Of a DNA stretch of 64,000 bases, positions 14,310 through 30,910 are shown in pieces; within the stretch, counting starts at the first letter, position 1; each line of letters begins with the position of its first letter. The DNA is taken from the NCBI RefSeq assembly GCF_009914755.1, contig NC_060942.1; one strand, written 5' to 3'. Source of the DNA: the human T2T-CHM13v2.0 reference genome, Homo sapiens. A program made the translations under genes and the position numbers. Below the pieces are notes generated by a model. The model worked only from the letters and a program-made list of their open reading frames with translations. It was not told the DNA's origin and made no database searches.

Positions 14310-15714
14310 ATAGTGTTCACTTTGCATAGTAGGATCAGACCATATCAATGACCATGCAAGCAGAAATCATGCAAAACGATCTTAATAATCAGTAGGGAAA
14401 AAAATCATAATTATTCCATGGCCTTTAAAATTTTGGTCAAAACACTGAAAACTCTATTACTGTCAGTTAAAAATACATAGGGAAATGAGAAAATATTTAA
14501 TTCACTGTAATTTTAAACATTAGAAACATTGAGAATTGGCCAGATGCAGTGGCTCACGCCTGTATGTACTCCCAGTACTTTGGGAGGCCTAGGTGGGTGG
14601 ATCACTTGAGGTCAGGAGTTCAAGACCAGCCTGGCCAATATAGTGAAACCCCATCTCTACTAAAAATATAAAAATGTGCTGGACATGGTAGCATGTGCCT
14701 GTAATCCCAGCTACTCGGGAAGCTGAGGCAGGAGAATCGAAACACTTGAACCTGGGAAGTGGAGGTTGCAATGAGCCAAGATTGCACCACTGCATTCCAG
14801 CCTGGGTGACAGAGGAAGACTCCGTCTCAAAAAAAAAAAAAAAAAAAAGAAGTAGAAAAAAAAAGGAAAAAAAAAGAAACACTGAGAATTAAAGTGTTTC
14901 ACTTCTTTGTAAAAATCCTGTCAAGAATAATTTAAAAAGTAGTTCCCTTCTCCTAATGGTATATATGACGATTTAGAGTAAGTCTCTTTTCCACGGCTTA
15001 GCAAATTGTCACACTCCTTTCTAAGTTTGGATTGGCATCCAACATTTTATCCTTTACACTTTCAAAGTTGTGAAATATTTCCAAGAATTTCTTTAATGTG
15101 AAATATTTTGCCAGTCTTGCTTCCTCTGGGACATTTTCATCCTTTTCATCACAACTACTTCTCTCATTTGTATCAATGAGTTCTCCTTCTTTAAGCACCT
15201 GCAGTGCATATCCAGATTCTCTGAAATGGCAGCAATGTCAGCATTTCCACAGTCAGCAATTTCTTCAGTACTCCATTTACACTGAATTTGGGTTTCATTT
15301 CTAGCATTATCATTTTTCATTTCTTTGTTGCACTTTTATCTATGTTGGCCAAGTCCCTCTTTCAATTATCCAGGTTTGTAAAATCTCATATAGGTTTACT
15401 GCTGGGAGCCAAGGAAGCAACACAACAACAAGCTTTGCTGTATGTGCATGAACTGACAGATGCACAGTGACCAATCACTGACAAAATCTAAAAGTAACAT
15501 CCATCACTTATCATGACAGGCATCTGTTATTTATGTAGTGATTTGTAGACTGAAGAAAGAGCAGCTAAGAGTTCATACTTTATACAATTACTCTTAATGT
15601 GCTATGGTAACTGAAATTCAAATGGTGGTGCTGGGGGAACAGGTGTTATTTAGCTTAACTGCAGTAACTGATATTCATGTATATCAGAATTGCATACAGC
15701 AAGGCCTGCCTGTA
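14310..15714 (-). mobile_element. TcMar-Tigger DNA transposon remnant interrupted by an Alu
   Basis: Degenerate terminal inverted repeats; decayed transposase-like frame 14998..15198 (EGELID...EDVPEE...LEIFH...KDKMLDANPNLERS). Confidence 0.65.
14538..14874 (+). mobile_element. Alu nested in the Tigger element
   Basis: Full Alu with a 16-bp TSD, agaaacattgagaatt (14522-14537) / agaaacactgagaatt (14875-14890). Confidence 0.95.
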
Positions 15715-16193
15715 TTTCCATAGGATGTCTGTTTCCTCATGCACAGAATGATAGTAATAGTACCTTACCTACTACCTCAAGGATGTGAGAATTAAAGAAG
15801 ACATGCAAAGGATTTTGATAGTTTTGTTTCTGTTAGCGCCTGGCACTAACAGGTACTTACTGAATATTAGCTGTTACCTTTGGAAAGTAATATGCCAAAA
15901 AAAAAAAAAAAAAAAAAAAGAAGAAGAAGAAAAGCTCCATGGTAATATACTCATGTTAACTGAAATCAAATCAGTTTCTTTAATAAAAATCTTCTCAGGC
16001 CTTTTAATAGTCTAATAAGCATGCTGAACCTTCCAAAGTATTTTACTAGTAATTAGTAAATCTAGTAATACCATAACTTAGCAAATGCTGGGTCAAAGTT
16101 CTGATATAATTGGGAAATAATCACATTTTTTCATGAATATTACCATTTCAGAATCCTATCACTAAAACAAACTATTTTAAAAAGTTAAATTCC

Positions 16194-16502
<309 letters not shown>

Positions 16503-18155
16503 ATAAAGGTTAAATTCCTACCTCTTAAAACTAACAAAATGTTTTTACATGTGAAATTCACATAAGGCAAACAGACTTAACCTATAAACAACTCCTTCAA
16601 TAACAGACAAACCACAGAATATATGACATGAACAGGCAATTCATAGAAAACATGCAAACAGCAAATAAACATACAAAGTTATGCAACCTGACTAATAATT
16701 GAAGAAATTAAGTTTACAGTTTTCCGCTATATATTTAGCAAATAGGAAGACTGTCACTGGGTATGTAGTAAAGTAAGCATTTTATATGCTGTAGGAATGT
16801 GAATGTGGCCTCATGCAACCTTTATTGAAAACAATTTGGCAATGTCTCTCAAGTAGTTCAAGTATTCATATATTTTAATAATTCTATTTCTAGAATTTAT
16901 CCTACAAAAATCTTGTACAAGTAATCAAAGACATAGCTACAAAGACATTTTTTCCAGAAGTATTTGTAAAAGACTAGACACATCTATCAAAAGTGAAAAT
17001 GGCTTTGTTGTATTATAATACATCCATACAAAGAATGTTGCCATTTAAAAAATGAGAAAGATCTATATATACGAATAGCGGAGGTAAAGGAAATAAACTA
17101 CCATGTAAAAATACATATGTAAAAGTAAATGCTAGGCCTATCTCAAGCACCTCCTTTTCGTCTATCTCTTAATAATCCATTGTGTAATAGTAAGAGATAA
17201 TAAGATAATAATAAGAGAAAACAATCTCAGCTGTGGCAATACATGCTCTTTGCCCTTCATACTTATATAACGAATGTGAACAGTTTAGGTACTGAAAGAA
17301 AAATCTCCTTCTACTTTCATGTCAAGCCTCTGGGTCAGTCTAACCAAAGAGTACACTGACAGAAAGCACAGTGTTTTGAAGATATTGTCATTTGCAACTT
17401 AGCCACGTGAATCAACACTTTCTTAATACTATTAAAACACCCAGAAATAAATTAGATGCTGTGGCTAAAATAAGACAGTAGCTGATAAACCAATCTCAAA
17501 TGTTTTTGTGTTCACCTTTTTAAAAAAGCTTGATGATTAGCCAACTGATTTTATAAAAATTATGCAAATGATTACCAAGTCAGGATTTTTACATGCATCA
17601 TTTCACTTAATCTTACTTAGAGAAATTAAGTAATTTAGTCAAAGGTCCCACATACAGTAAGCTACAGGGGGCCAAGACATATCCAAATCTGAAGAATTAC
17701 ACACATGGAACTTACAAAACATATTCTTTAACACAAGCACTGCAATTTGTAAAATTCTTTATATTTGAATATATAATTAGTAAAATTCTGTTAAATGTGG
17801 AAAGCTATAATTACTAATGCCTGATAATGAAAAATACACAGGTATCTGTCCAATATAACATCTTCAGAAATCCCTTCTACACAATTTGCCTTTTCATACA
17901 CTGAATGTACTTGTTGATTAAATAAACATTTTTCAGACAGGTGATCATATAACACTTGCTTTTTACTGAAGAAATGAAAGAAATAAATAAGATTTTGTGT
18001 GTCCATCCTCAGGCATTTTTCTAGGCACCTGGGATACAGCAGAGAACACACTTCCTGCTTTTATAGAGCTTGTTGAATTCTAGTGAAGTTTATGCTCTAT
18101 ATGCAAATAAGTTTATGTAGGAAGATGGTGGTTTACTCTGAAAACTGGAGTTACT

Positions 18156-18453
18156 CTTTTTGTTTTTTTAGAGACGGTCTTGCTCTGTCACCCAAGCTGG
18201 AGTGCAGTGACACCAGCAAACTCACTACAGCCTCGAAGTCCTGTGCTCAAGTGAACCTCCTGCCTCCACCTCCAAGTAGCTGGGACTGCAGGCACAAGCT
18301 ACCACGCCCAGCTAATTTTCACATTTCTTTTTGTAAAAAATGCAAGTCTTGCCATCTTGCCCAGGCTGGTCTTCAACTCCTGGGGTCAAGTGATCCTCCC
18401 ATTTCAGCCTCCCAAAGTGTTGAGGTTACAAGCAAGGGCACCAACGCCCAGCC
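18156..18453 (-). mobile_element. Alu (old, AluJ-type)
   Basis: Diverged reverse-complement Alu. Confidence 0.9.
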
Positions 18454-18602
18454 AGATCTTTCTCTTAAGGTTCAAAATGACAAAAAAATAAACTTTATCT
18501 GGGTAACAGTGACAATAACATGGGAAAATATATGTTGGATTGACTATTATACTTAAGCAACATTTTGCCAGCAGTTTAAGAAACAAATTAACATAAAAAT
18601 TG

Positions 18603-18889
18603 GGCCCAGCGCAGTGGCTTGCGCCTGTAATCCCAACACTTCGGGAGGCTGAGGTGGATGGATGGCTTGAGGTCAGGAGTTCAAGACCAACCTGGCCAAC
18701 ATGTCTCTACTAAAATACAAAAATTAGCTGGGCGTGATGGCAGGCACCTGTCATCCCAGCCCCTAGGAAGGCTGAGGCAGAAGAATTGCTTGAACCCAGG
18801 AGGCGGAAGCAGCAGTGAGCCGAGACTGCACTTCTGCACTCCAGCCTGGGCGACAAAAAGTGAGACTCCACCTCAAAAAAAAAAAAAAA
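18603..18889 (+). mobile_element. Alu (AluS-type)
   Basis: Alu with a small internal deletion and poly(A) tail. Confidence 0.95.
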
Positions 18890-19342
18890 TTTGTGCTAAA
18901 GTGCTCACCTGGAAGCAATAGACCCTCTAAGAGAACACAGAGAAAAACATTTTGCAATACTAGCTTAGTTGCTGAATTAAAACAAATAAAAATAAATAAT
19001 AATAAACAGAAAAACTTTCAATGTAAAATATGCAGCTTATTTTTATAAAAACTAAGAAAATGTTTTATAATGAAATGAATATTAAAACTTCATTAATAAA
19101 ACTCTTCAATCATCCTCTAGCATCTAGTAAAAAAATTCATTAATAAAACTCACCATGAACTTCTTTATTAAAAGGTAACATATAATTAAAATGCTTTTAT
19201 AAGAAACTCATATGATTAAAAAACTAGGTGCTGCCAGAACACTGTATAACTTTCTTTTTTGGTAACTGTAATTTTGTGTTCTTTTGATTCTGAAATATCA
19301 AAATTTAAATGAAGTTTTTTATTTGTCCTAAAGAGATTTTTA

Positions 19343-19641
<299 letters not shown>

Positions 19642-19693
19642 CTACCTGGTCATTTCTGTACAGCCTATTTTCTATTAAGAAGTTCATAAACTG

Positions 19694-19845
19694 ACCAGGT
19701 GCAGTGGCTCATGCCTGTAATCCCAGGACTTTGGGAGGCCAAGGCAGGTGATCACTTAAGCCCAGGTGTTCAAGACCAGCCTGGGCAACATACCAAGACA
19801 TTGTTTCTATTCTTTTAACAAAATACAAAAAATAAAAATAAAAAA
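19694..19845 (+). mobile_element. Alu monomer (FLAM-like)
   Basis: Left-arm Alu sequence followed by an A-rich tail. Confidence 0.8.
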
Positions 19846-21261
19846 GAAGAAATTTATAACTATGAGAACAAGGCAAAAAGTGATATAACTACTGTACTAT
19901 AGTAAAAGGAAGACCTACACATACTTACAAAATACGACATTTTTAAAAATAAAAGTTGGTCCCTAAGAACAAAAAATTTCTAAAAACACCTCAATACTTT
20001 TCTCCAAAGAGTCAATATGCACATTGCTATATGCATTATTTTTTTCTTCGAATCTTATTATGTCATATCAAACCATGCTGCAGCAACATCCATTTTTTGT
20101 GCACACCATACCTTTTCTTAACTATAGGTTTCTAAGAAGTTAAGAAGTGTGCCATCATTAATGGAGTTGCTGTCAGAATCATCAATTTTCCTGTTCTCTC
20201 TCCTGGTAACCAAACTGTATAGAGAAACACATGAACTCCCTTCTGATCTAGCACTGACTGGATCTTGCTGTTGTTTGGACTTTTAATTGACCTAATAAAA
20301 ACAAAAAAATAATTCTACCATAAGCATTAAGTAACTTTGGGGGAAAAAAATGTAGCAAGTGCCAGTTTTGTGAAGCTACAATGATTGGCAATTTTTTCTA
20401 TTATCTCCTTTTGCTTTCAGTATATCTCATGAAAATTATTAAAAATCTGTATTATTTTAAAATTATATTATTTCATCATAAGGAATTATCAACAGATTAA
20501 CACTAACTTCTTTTATCTGGGTACATTTTAGTGCTCTGTTTATTTTATAAATCAAAATCTAGAAAATTTTATTCCAAATACATTTAATTCTATCTTACAG
20601 TCTTAACTTCATTACATTTTGTAACTGAAATAGCATTAACCTGGAAATAAGCCAAATGTTTTAACAGTCAATTAGCAGAACAGAGCGCCACTTACTGGCT
20701 TTTAGTTATTATTCACAGAATACTTAAAAGAGAAACATGGTACAATTTCATTCTGAGATTGGTAATAAACTTTAATGGACTTACACCACTCTAAGACAAG
20801 TACAGCAGCACCTCCACTGAACATTCTAATGGCAAATTATTTTAGAATTACCTTTTAATGCTGAAACACAGCATCAGAAAACATCCATATAAATCAAGGG
20901 GAATTCATATAAATTAATACATCCTTAATAAGTAAAATGAAGGAGCAGGTGTTTATTTTCTCAACTTTCTAGCTAAACCAAATGTTTGGTTCTTCATTGA
21001 CTGGCTTTAAAAAACAATTCTCAACAATACAGAACCTCAAACAAACTGTCCAAAAGACATAAAAATAAATAAGCTTAAAAAGCTACATTGAGCAAAGAGA
21101 TTTAAACTAGCTTCAAACTCAACATCTCCTTTTTATGGGCATGACTGTCACTCACTTTAAACTTTTATTTTTATGAACCAGCTAAGAACCTGACAACAAT
21201 CATTTTACTTTTCAAAGGCTAATAGAGCACTCTAGTCAAGAAGGACATAAAGCTTAGTTAC

Positions 21262-21483
21262 CTTGGTTTGGCTGCATACTCATATTTGGTCTGGGACCAT
21301 AGTTTCCCATTGGTTGTCCCTGACTCATTGTCATCTGATTCTGTACTGGCATGCTCTGTGATGATGGCACAGAATGGTTGTAACCTCCCATGGATCCATG
21401 GCTACTTGAAGGCATATTCATGGAACTGTTTGTCATATTGAGTTGATTGGGTCCAGGTCCCTGCATAGGCATATGGTTAGGCC
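21262..21483 (-). CDS. SS18: SS18 exon 5 (222 nt; GPNHMPMQGPGP...SMQPNQ)
   Basis: ORF 21254..21472; acceptor tttttcttcaaag|GG, donor AAG|gtaact. Confidence 0.97.
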
Positions 21484-21689
21484 CTTTGAAGAAAAATGAT
21501 CAGAAGCAAAATATGAAAGTTAAACAGATGGTCCATACAAAAGTACCTGGAAATAATTTTTTTTTTGCATTATTATAGTAATACCAAACAATAATTAATC
21601 GATAGCAAAGTAAATGGTTTATAGGAAAAGACAGCAAATACTGTGAAGTAGTTATTCCCATTTTTGGATTAAGAAATTGATGCTTTTGA

Positions 21690-22560
21690 AGTCAGGAGCA
21701 CTCTGAAAAAGAAGGAAGGACTAGCTTCTTCATAAAAGAGCAAAACATATCATAAGGTTGGAGTAATTAACTATGAACATAAATGAATAGACTAACAGAT
21801 CGATTGAACAGAACAGAGTCTAAAAGTAGACCCAAATACATAGCTGAGTAAATAATCACAGTAATATTAAGTATTAGTGAGCAATAGAAAACTAATTCAG
21901 TAAATGGTATTGTGACAACTGGGGAGCCATCTGGAAAAAACAAGTTGGATCACTATCTCATTTGTTCCACTAACTAATTCTAGATGAATAGAAAACTTAA
22001 ACATTTAAAAAGAAGAAACCATAAAAGAATTTCAAAAAGGAGAATTTTAAAAATAATAATGGAAGGACCTTCTTAAGTATGCCAGAAAACCCTGAGCCAT
22101 AAAACATTGATAAATTAGACTATACAAAATTTAAAAATTTGCACGACATAAAAAACTCAAAATTAAATAATAAAAAGGTAAATAAGAAAATATTATTTAT
22201 AAGATAGATCGCAGACCCAGACCAAATTAATTACTTAACATATGAAGTAAGTAAAAGACCACCACCAGTAAAAGAATGGGCAAAGGACATAATGAGGGAA
22301 TGACTAGTTCACACAAAAACTACAAAAAGGTTCATCAACATTAAAAGATTGATTGCTTCACTTAAAATAGGAAGGCAAATTAAAACTATGAGACCGAACT
22401 TTCACCTCTCAGATTCTCAAAAATCAAAAGTTCGATCTAACTATATTGTGAAGAAAGAAGCACTTTCATCCATTGTTGAAGGAACAGAAATCTTACTTAT
22501 ATTTCATGGGGAATCAAGCTTGTGGAATCAAGGGTGGGATCAAGCTTGAGGAAATTTGTG
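21690..22560 (+). mobile_element. Ancient L1 (L1M) ORF2 3' fragment
   Basis: A-rich decayed L1 (aatagactaacagatc...aatgggcaaaggaca). Confidence 0.7.
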
Positions 22561-22584
22561 ATGACAAACAACAATTCAAATAAA

Positions 22585-22930
22585 GTAGTTGTCCCTCAGT
22601 ATCTGTGGGAGATTGGTTCCAGAACCACCCACAGATTTCAAAATCCGTAAATGCTCATGTCCCTGACATAAAATGACACAGTATTTCCACATAACCTATG
22701 TACATCCTCTCATATACTTTAAATCATCTCTACATTACATGTACTGCCTAACACAATGTAAATGCTATGTACATAGTCACTATACTGTGTTGTTTAGGGA
22801 ATAATGACAAGAAAAAAAAAGTATGTACATGTTCAATACAGTCACAATTTGTTTTTCCAAGTATTTTCAATCCACTGTTGGTTAAATCCATGGATGTGAA
22901 ATTCATAAATGCAGAACTGATGGATATTAC
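22585..22930. mobile_element. MER2-type Tigger MITE
   Basis: gtccctcagtatctgtgggagattggttccag...ttggttaaatccatggatg. Confidence 0.75.
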
Positions 22931-23381
22931 TATTTTTACACAAAGCAATTTGGCACTAACTGTCAAATTTTAAAATATATATACCTTTAACCCAGCAATT
23001 TCAGTTCCAGGAATTTATGCTAGAGATATACAAATTTTTGTGTGCATGCGTATTGACACACAGAACACATATATATGTGTATATATATTTTTACAGCAAA
23101 TTCATGACAGTATAATTCATAATAACAAAAGACTAGAAGCCTATGTTTCCATCCTAAATGTTCGAATAAATTAAACTTGTAAAAAAGAACATGATAGAGA
23201 CCAAAAAGAATAAGGCATCTATTTACATATGGAATAAAATAATGGTCTCCAAGATATATCTTTGAGAAAGAAAAGATACATAATAGTATTTAATGAGTGC
23301 TATCATTTGTACTTTAAAAAAAAAGAGTAAAAATAAAGGAAATACACATGCATTATTTTATATAGAGAAAATCTCTCTCTC

Positions 23382-23689
<308 letters not shown>

Positions 23690-23791
23690 TGAAGGACAAC
23701 TAGAAACCAATGCCTCTCTAGAACTGTCTGGAGAGGTGGCGGCTAGGCATCCTTTGGTATCCTTTGATTTTGGTCCCATAGGCATGTATTA

Positions 23792-24118
<327 letters not shown>

Positions 24119-24318
24119 TAGTAATTTTTAAAAAAGGGAACCTGAGACTGAGTAGTGATTTGACCCAGATCAATGAGAACATAAGTAGCTCTAAAACTGA
24201 GTCTACATAATGAAATATACATTAAAAACCAAACTGAAATAGGAAACAGCCAAGATGCAAATTTGTGTGCATAAACAGGTTGGCTAAATGCTATAAGGAA
24301 CAAATAAAGAAAATATAA

Positions 24319-24770
<452 letters not shown>

Positions 24771-26226
24771 CTAGCTTATAAAAGAATATACTTCAGAAGG
24801 CCTTACACAAAACCAAAATGTCATGTTAACCATAACTGTACTGCTGCTCAAATGCTTCTTTGGCCTTAGGCTTCAATGTTACACAGAGAATTTAAGTCAA
24901 AATCCTAATTCAAAGTACCATCATAAAAAGTCACAAAACTCCTAACTAGCTAACCTGCACTATCACTACCTTTCCAGTTCTAAAAACAGTGTGTCCTGGT
25001 GAACTAAATGTGGACTTGGCAAGAAGCTTTCTCTTGACTACAATATGACTACAAACTGAAAAGCAGTGATGTCTTTATTCCTACCTCCATACTGGATGTG
25101 TGCCATATATGTTGCAAGCCTTAGCAGGAAATAGGAGACAGCCACTGAAACACCACTGCCCTCCTATATGATCAGTCACACCTCAATCTTCTATAAGCCA
25201 GGCTACCTTACCTCTTTTGCTCTGTGCTCTCTTGTTTCCTTACTGCACCCATCATCCTTGGACACCAATGCTATCAATCAACACAATCGGCTACAGAAAA
25301 CAGTATCCTAAAGATGCCAATTACTAATTTTAATAATTGTTCTGTTATTTTATTTCCATTACTGCTAGTTGTATAATGTCTTCTTTATCAATGAAAATAA
25401 CTTTTGTCTTAGAAGGTAAAAATATTCTGATACCTAATGTAGATAATATTCTACCAAAAATTACGGCCATGGGTTGATGCTACTGTTACAAAAACAAAAT
25501 AGTGTAAAGATACTTGTATGATTAAAATTTCAAACCAGCCAAAGGTAACTAAATCAGCATCCAATGTCTTAAAACATATCAACCTAGTGACCCTACACTT
25601 AAAATTGACAAATAGAAAAGAGAATGGCTCAGTGTATAAATAATGTAAGGAAGTTTACATTATTTTTCAGCCTTTAATTTTTGCTTTAAAATCAATTCCA
25701 ATATTTATGTTATGCTATAAACCTATGTATTAAAAAAATTTAGATTCAGCTTCAATATCAATAAGGAAATACTAAATACACCAGCACTTCAGAGACTGTT
25801 TTCTTTCCCCATGTGTTTTTCCCAGTGATACTGTTTCTGAGATCAATCAATATTTAAGTAAATAAAAACTCAGGGAAATGTTATAATATCTTTTTTAAAC
25901 AGACTTTAATTCTTAAGCCATGGTGCAACGCCTTTTTTTCCAAAAAGCTTCTAAAGCCAACTGTATTGCAGTTTCAGACAGACTAAATTTAGCCAGTTCT
26001 GTTCATCAGAGGAATGGTGTGTGTCAGCTACATCAAAGCCCAAGGGCAGCCTGATAAACACTGAATACAGGTCACGTAGCTCTGTAGCTAACAAACTCTA
26101 AGAGAGCTTGTACTCGGGGGCATTCAAAGCAGTTTTGTCATCAACAATCTAGTATCCCTTGAGCCCCCATGTCGTTTCAGTTGCTAAGCAACTCTGGTGT
26201 TAATGTCTTAGAGGAGAAAAACTTAC

Positions 26227-26380
26227 CAGGCATCTGGCCGTTCATCTGGTTCTGCATGTGCGGTGCAGGAGGACCCCCACCTACCATTCCATCTGAAGGC
26301 ATGTTGTGAGAGCGTGGAGGTGGGGGAGGGCCGCTCTGATTCATCCCTCCAGGACCCATAGGCATATTCTGTGTGGGTGG
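26227..26380 (-). CDS. SS18: SS18 exon 4 (154 nt; PPTQNMPMGPGG...QMNGQMP)
   Basis: ORF 26177..26365; acceptor tcttctttcag|CCA, donor CTG|gtaagt. Confidence 0.97.
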
Positions 26381-28489
26381 CTGAAAGAAGACAGTTTAGT
26401 AAAACAAGAGAAACAGACTAATATACGAAAGATGCATAGGGTAAAAGAGTTGCTTATGTTACTAAATTGCAGTAAGAACAAAAACACAAATGCATTTCGA
26501 ATTCTTCTAATGCATTTTCATCATGAACATAGTTAATAACCCCCAAAACTTTAAAGCATATTTACTTTATAAAATCTCAGTAGTGAAAATTAAAATGTTA
26601 ACATTCTATACAAAAAATTCTCATTTATTTATATATTAAGCATTTCTAATGTGTCTATTATTATCTAAATTATGTGAAAAAAATTAAATGTCCTTTCATT
26701 ATTGATGTATTGGATACACTTATTAATGATGGATTTTACCTAAAAATGTACAGTAACAAAAAATGATGAAAGGACTCTAAGTCCCAAAATGTGCCATATT
26801 TTACACTATTTCGGGGTGGAGGATAGTGGCAGCAGAGGAATGTTTTAAAACATGAAGACAACAGTTCAACATTTTTGTGCCGACTACTGCTATAGATTGG
26901 AAACATTACTGATGGCCTCCAAGGGTACAGAGACAGCTGCCTCAAAAGGATGCCCTTGGCAAATTTCCTAATGCAATTTTGAAGAAAACCACTGACTAAC
27001 CTTCAGAGTTCACAAAAGGGCAAAAGGAAAAACAGATATGAGGTGGTCTGCCACACCTGGGTCCCTTCTTAGGGATATTTTGGTGGAGAAAGCAAACGGT
27101 TAGTTTCGCTCCAATCCCCCATTTTTAATCTTGTAGGAGGAGAGGGAGGCATTATTCTTTACTTCGATGTTCTAAATGTAATGTCCATTCCTGTATTATC
27201 AGTTGTTCTCTTCCTCCTACATTTAAAAATGGCCAGTTACTGTATGCCTTTCCATTTTGTGAACACAATTCTCTTTGGCACACTTAATAGATACACATTG
27301 TTATTTGGCCATCACATTTAAATACTCAAACCTCCAAACAGTTAATAATCACTAACATTTACAGAAATAAACAAGTCTACTCTAATAGCACACATTTTAA
27401 AATCAGAATTTTAATTTCTTCACAACTAAATCCAGATGAATGCTCTTATTTTCTCTTAAATTCTCATATTATTTCTCCAACTTGTATTCTTTAAACACTT
27501 AAAAACCTTGTTCAGTTTTCACCAAAACAAACAAAAAAACAAACAAAAAACACTAATTTGAGTCATATTATCTAACTTTTAATCATCCTTATTTATCATC
27601 CTTCAAACCTGGCTACCTTAACCCTCTTCTGTCTGAAAACAGAAATCCTCCTTCCTCTATTCTTGTCCAAATTTTCTGTTAAAAATTCATGTTCTCACTC
27701 TTAATAGTGAGGTCATTTTCTTGTAATTCAACTAATAAAACATCATTACTGTTACCACCATGCTAGAATAACTTGTATCAAACTAACCCTCAGCTAAATA
27801 AAACTCATAAAATCTAGACAAAAAGTAAAAACTGTTTGAAGCCACTAAAGAGTGACTTACACAAAGAGGAACAGAAGGGGCTACAACTCCTGAAAGAACG
27901 GAAGCATATAAGACCAGCTCCACAATTATCTTGGCTTTTTCCTTGAGTTTGCTGAGTAACAGGGAAATACAGCTCAAGTAGAAAGTGCAGTCCAATTGGA
28001 CTAAGGAAAAAAAAGAGTCAGAATTTTTGACTATCAAAGAGCTGGAAACTAAAGAATAAATTTCCAGAGAGAAAGGACCACAAGAGGGGAAACATTCAAG
28101 AAAACTAGTCGAAATAGCAGGTAGGAGGCTAAAGAGCTCAGCAGAGATTCCAGCTGCTGCTCACTGATATGGAGACAAAGACTGGAGTGTAGGCCCCACC
28201 AAGTTAGAGGAGCCTTCATAAATAACTCCAACTCTCTGTTGAGACTACAGAAGGGCCAGCTACTCCTTAAGAGTAAGGTCGAAATTGAAATAGATCAGCC
28301 CTAAAAAGTCTTATAACCAACCTTTAATAGATTCAAGGTAACCTCCTAGTACTTCACATACCAAAGGAAAACTTAATTCTCTTTGGAGCAAAGTAACACA
28401 AACTAGAGCTTCTATAATTGTTCAACCACAAGGTCTAACACTCTTAAAAATTGCAAGGCTTTCTAAAAAACAAAAATAAATGACCAACA

Positions 28490-29210
28490 CCCACTTTGAT
28501 AGCTGCAATAACATAAAAATTAAAAGTCCAGAAAAATAACAAGTGTTGTGAACAATGTATAGAAATTGCAACTCTCATATATGCTGGTGGAAATGTAAAA
28601 GGGTACAGCCACTGTGGAAAACAGTTTGACAGTTCCTCAAGAACTTAAACAGTTACCATATGATCTAGCAACTCCATTCCTGGTACATACTAAAAAGAAT
28701 TGAAAACACACATTCACGCAAAATTTCTACACAAATGTTCACAGTGGCATTATTCATAATAGTTAAAAACTGGAAAAAACTCAAATGTCCACCTACTGAT
28801 GAATGGATAAACAAAACGTGGCATATGAATACAACGGAATATTATTCAGCCACAAAGAAGAAATACTTATACATGCTACAACATGGATGAACCTTGAAAA
28901 CATTATGCCAAGTGAAAGAAGATGGACACAAAAGGCCACATAAATTGTATGATTCTATTCATAAGAAATGTCCAGACTAGGCAAATTCAGAGAGACAGAA
29001 AGTAGATTTGCTGTTGCCAGGGGATGGGGAGAGGGGGAGAATTGAGATTGACTGCCAACAGTTTTCACTTTATTAGGGTAGTGAAAACATTCTGAAATTA
29101 GATAGTTATGATGCTTACATAATTGTGAATATACTAAAAACCACTGAATTCTGTACTTTAAAATGGTTAAAATGGTAAATCTTATATAAACTGTATCTCA
29201 ATTAAAAAAA
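28490..29210 (+). mobile_element. L1MB-type 3' end nested in the older L1
   Basis: gtacagccactgtggaaaacagtttg...catggatgaaccttgaaaacattatg...tatctcaattaaaa. Confidence 0.75.
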
Positions 29211-29261
29211 GAATGGACAACCAAGAGAAATAACAGAAAATTTAAAAAGACACCTAAGTCA

Positions 29262-29621
<360 letters not shown>

Positions 29622-29671
29622 TTACTAAAGACTTAAAATAACTGTGATTGGTATGTTCAAGAAATAAATAA

Positions 29672-30077
<406 letters not shown>

Positions 30078-30618
30078 TCATTAGTTTAGAAACAGCAAAA
30101 CAGAGATTTAATGAAGTAATGAATTGAACCCAGATATATCAAAGTATTAAAAACTAAAGTCAGAAAAAATCTTAAAAGCAGTCAGTGAAAATAAGACATA
30201 TCACCTGGAAGGGAACAGCAATAAAACTAACAACTAATTTTTCATCAGAAATAATAGAAAATGAAGATGACAAAATGACATCTGTAAAGTGCTAAGACAA
30301 AAAAAAAAGAAAATCAACCAACCAGCCCAGAATTCCACACTAAGAAAAAAATACCTTCTAACATGAAGATGAAATAAAAATAAGTTTAGATGAACAAAAG
30401 TTAAGAAAACACTTGTTATAAGAGAACAAAATATATCAAGCTAAAAGAAAATGGCCCCACATGGAAGCATAGAACTAGAGGAGTTAGTTAAGAGGAATGG
30501 AAAAGTATATGTGGATAAATACATATTAACATTTAAAATAACAGTAATAATGACTCTACTGGTTTAAACAAATGTAGAAAAAGAAAGTATAGGACAAGAC
30601 ACACAAAAGACTAGGTTA

Positions 30619-30910
30619 GGCCGGGTGAGGTGGGTCATGCCTGTAATCCTAGCACTTTGGAAGGCCGAGGTGGGGGAATCCCTTGAGGCCAGGAGATCGA
30701 GGCTAGCCTGGCCAACATGATGAAACCCAATCTGTACTAAAAATACAAAAATTAGCAGGCATGGTGGCGGGCACCTGTAATCCCAGCTAACTCGAGAGGC
30801 TGAGACAGGAGAGTTGCTTGAGCACAGGAAACGGAGGTTGCAGTGAGCTAAGATCACACCACTACACTCCACCCTGGGCAACAGAGCAAGACTGTCTAAA
30901 AAAAGAAAAA
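30619..30910 (+). mobile_element. Alu (AluS-type)
   Basis: Full Alu. Confidence 0.95.

Noticed and set aside
14998-15320. Transposase-like ORFs as a possible domesticated TIGD gene
   Set aside because: They are short and frame-disrupted, with no catalytic domain visible. This is a decayed Tigger remnant.
22510-22552. Three short repeats of ggaatcaag with variable spacers (CRISPR-like look)
   Set aside because: The repeats and spacers are far too short and sit in a eukaryotic L1 context. This is local slippage duplication.
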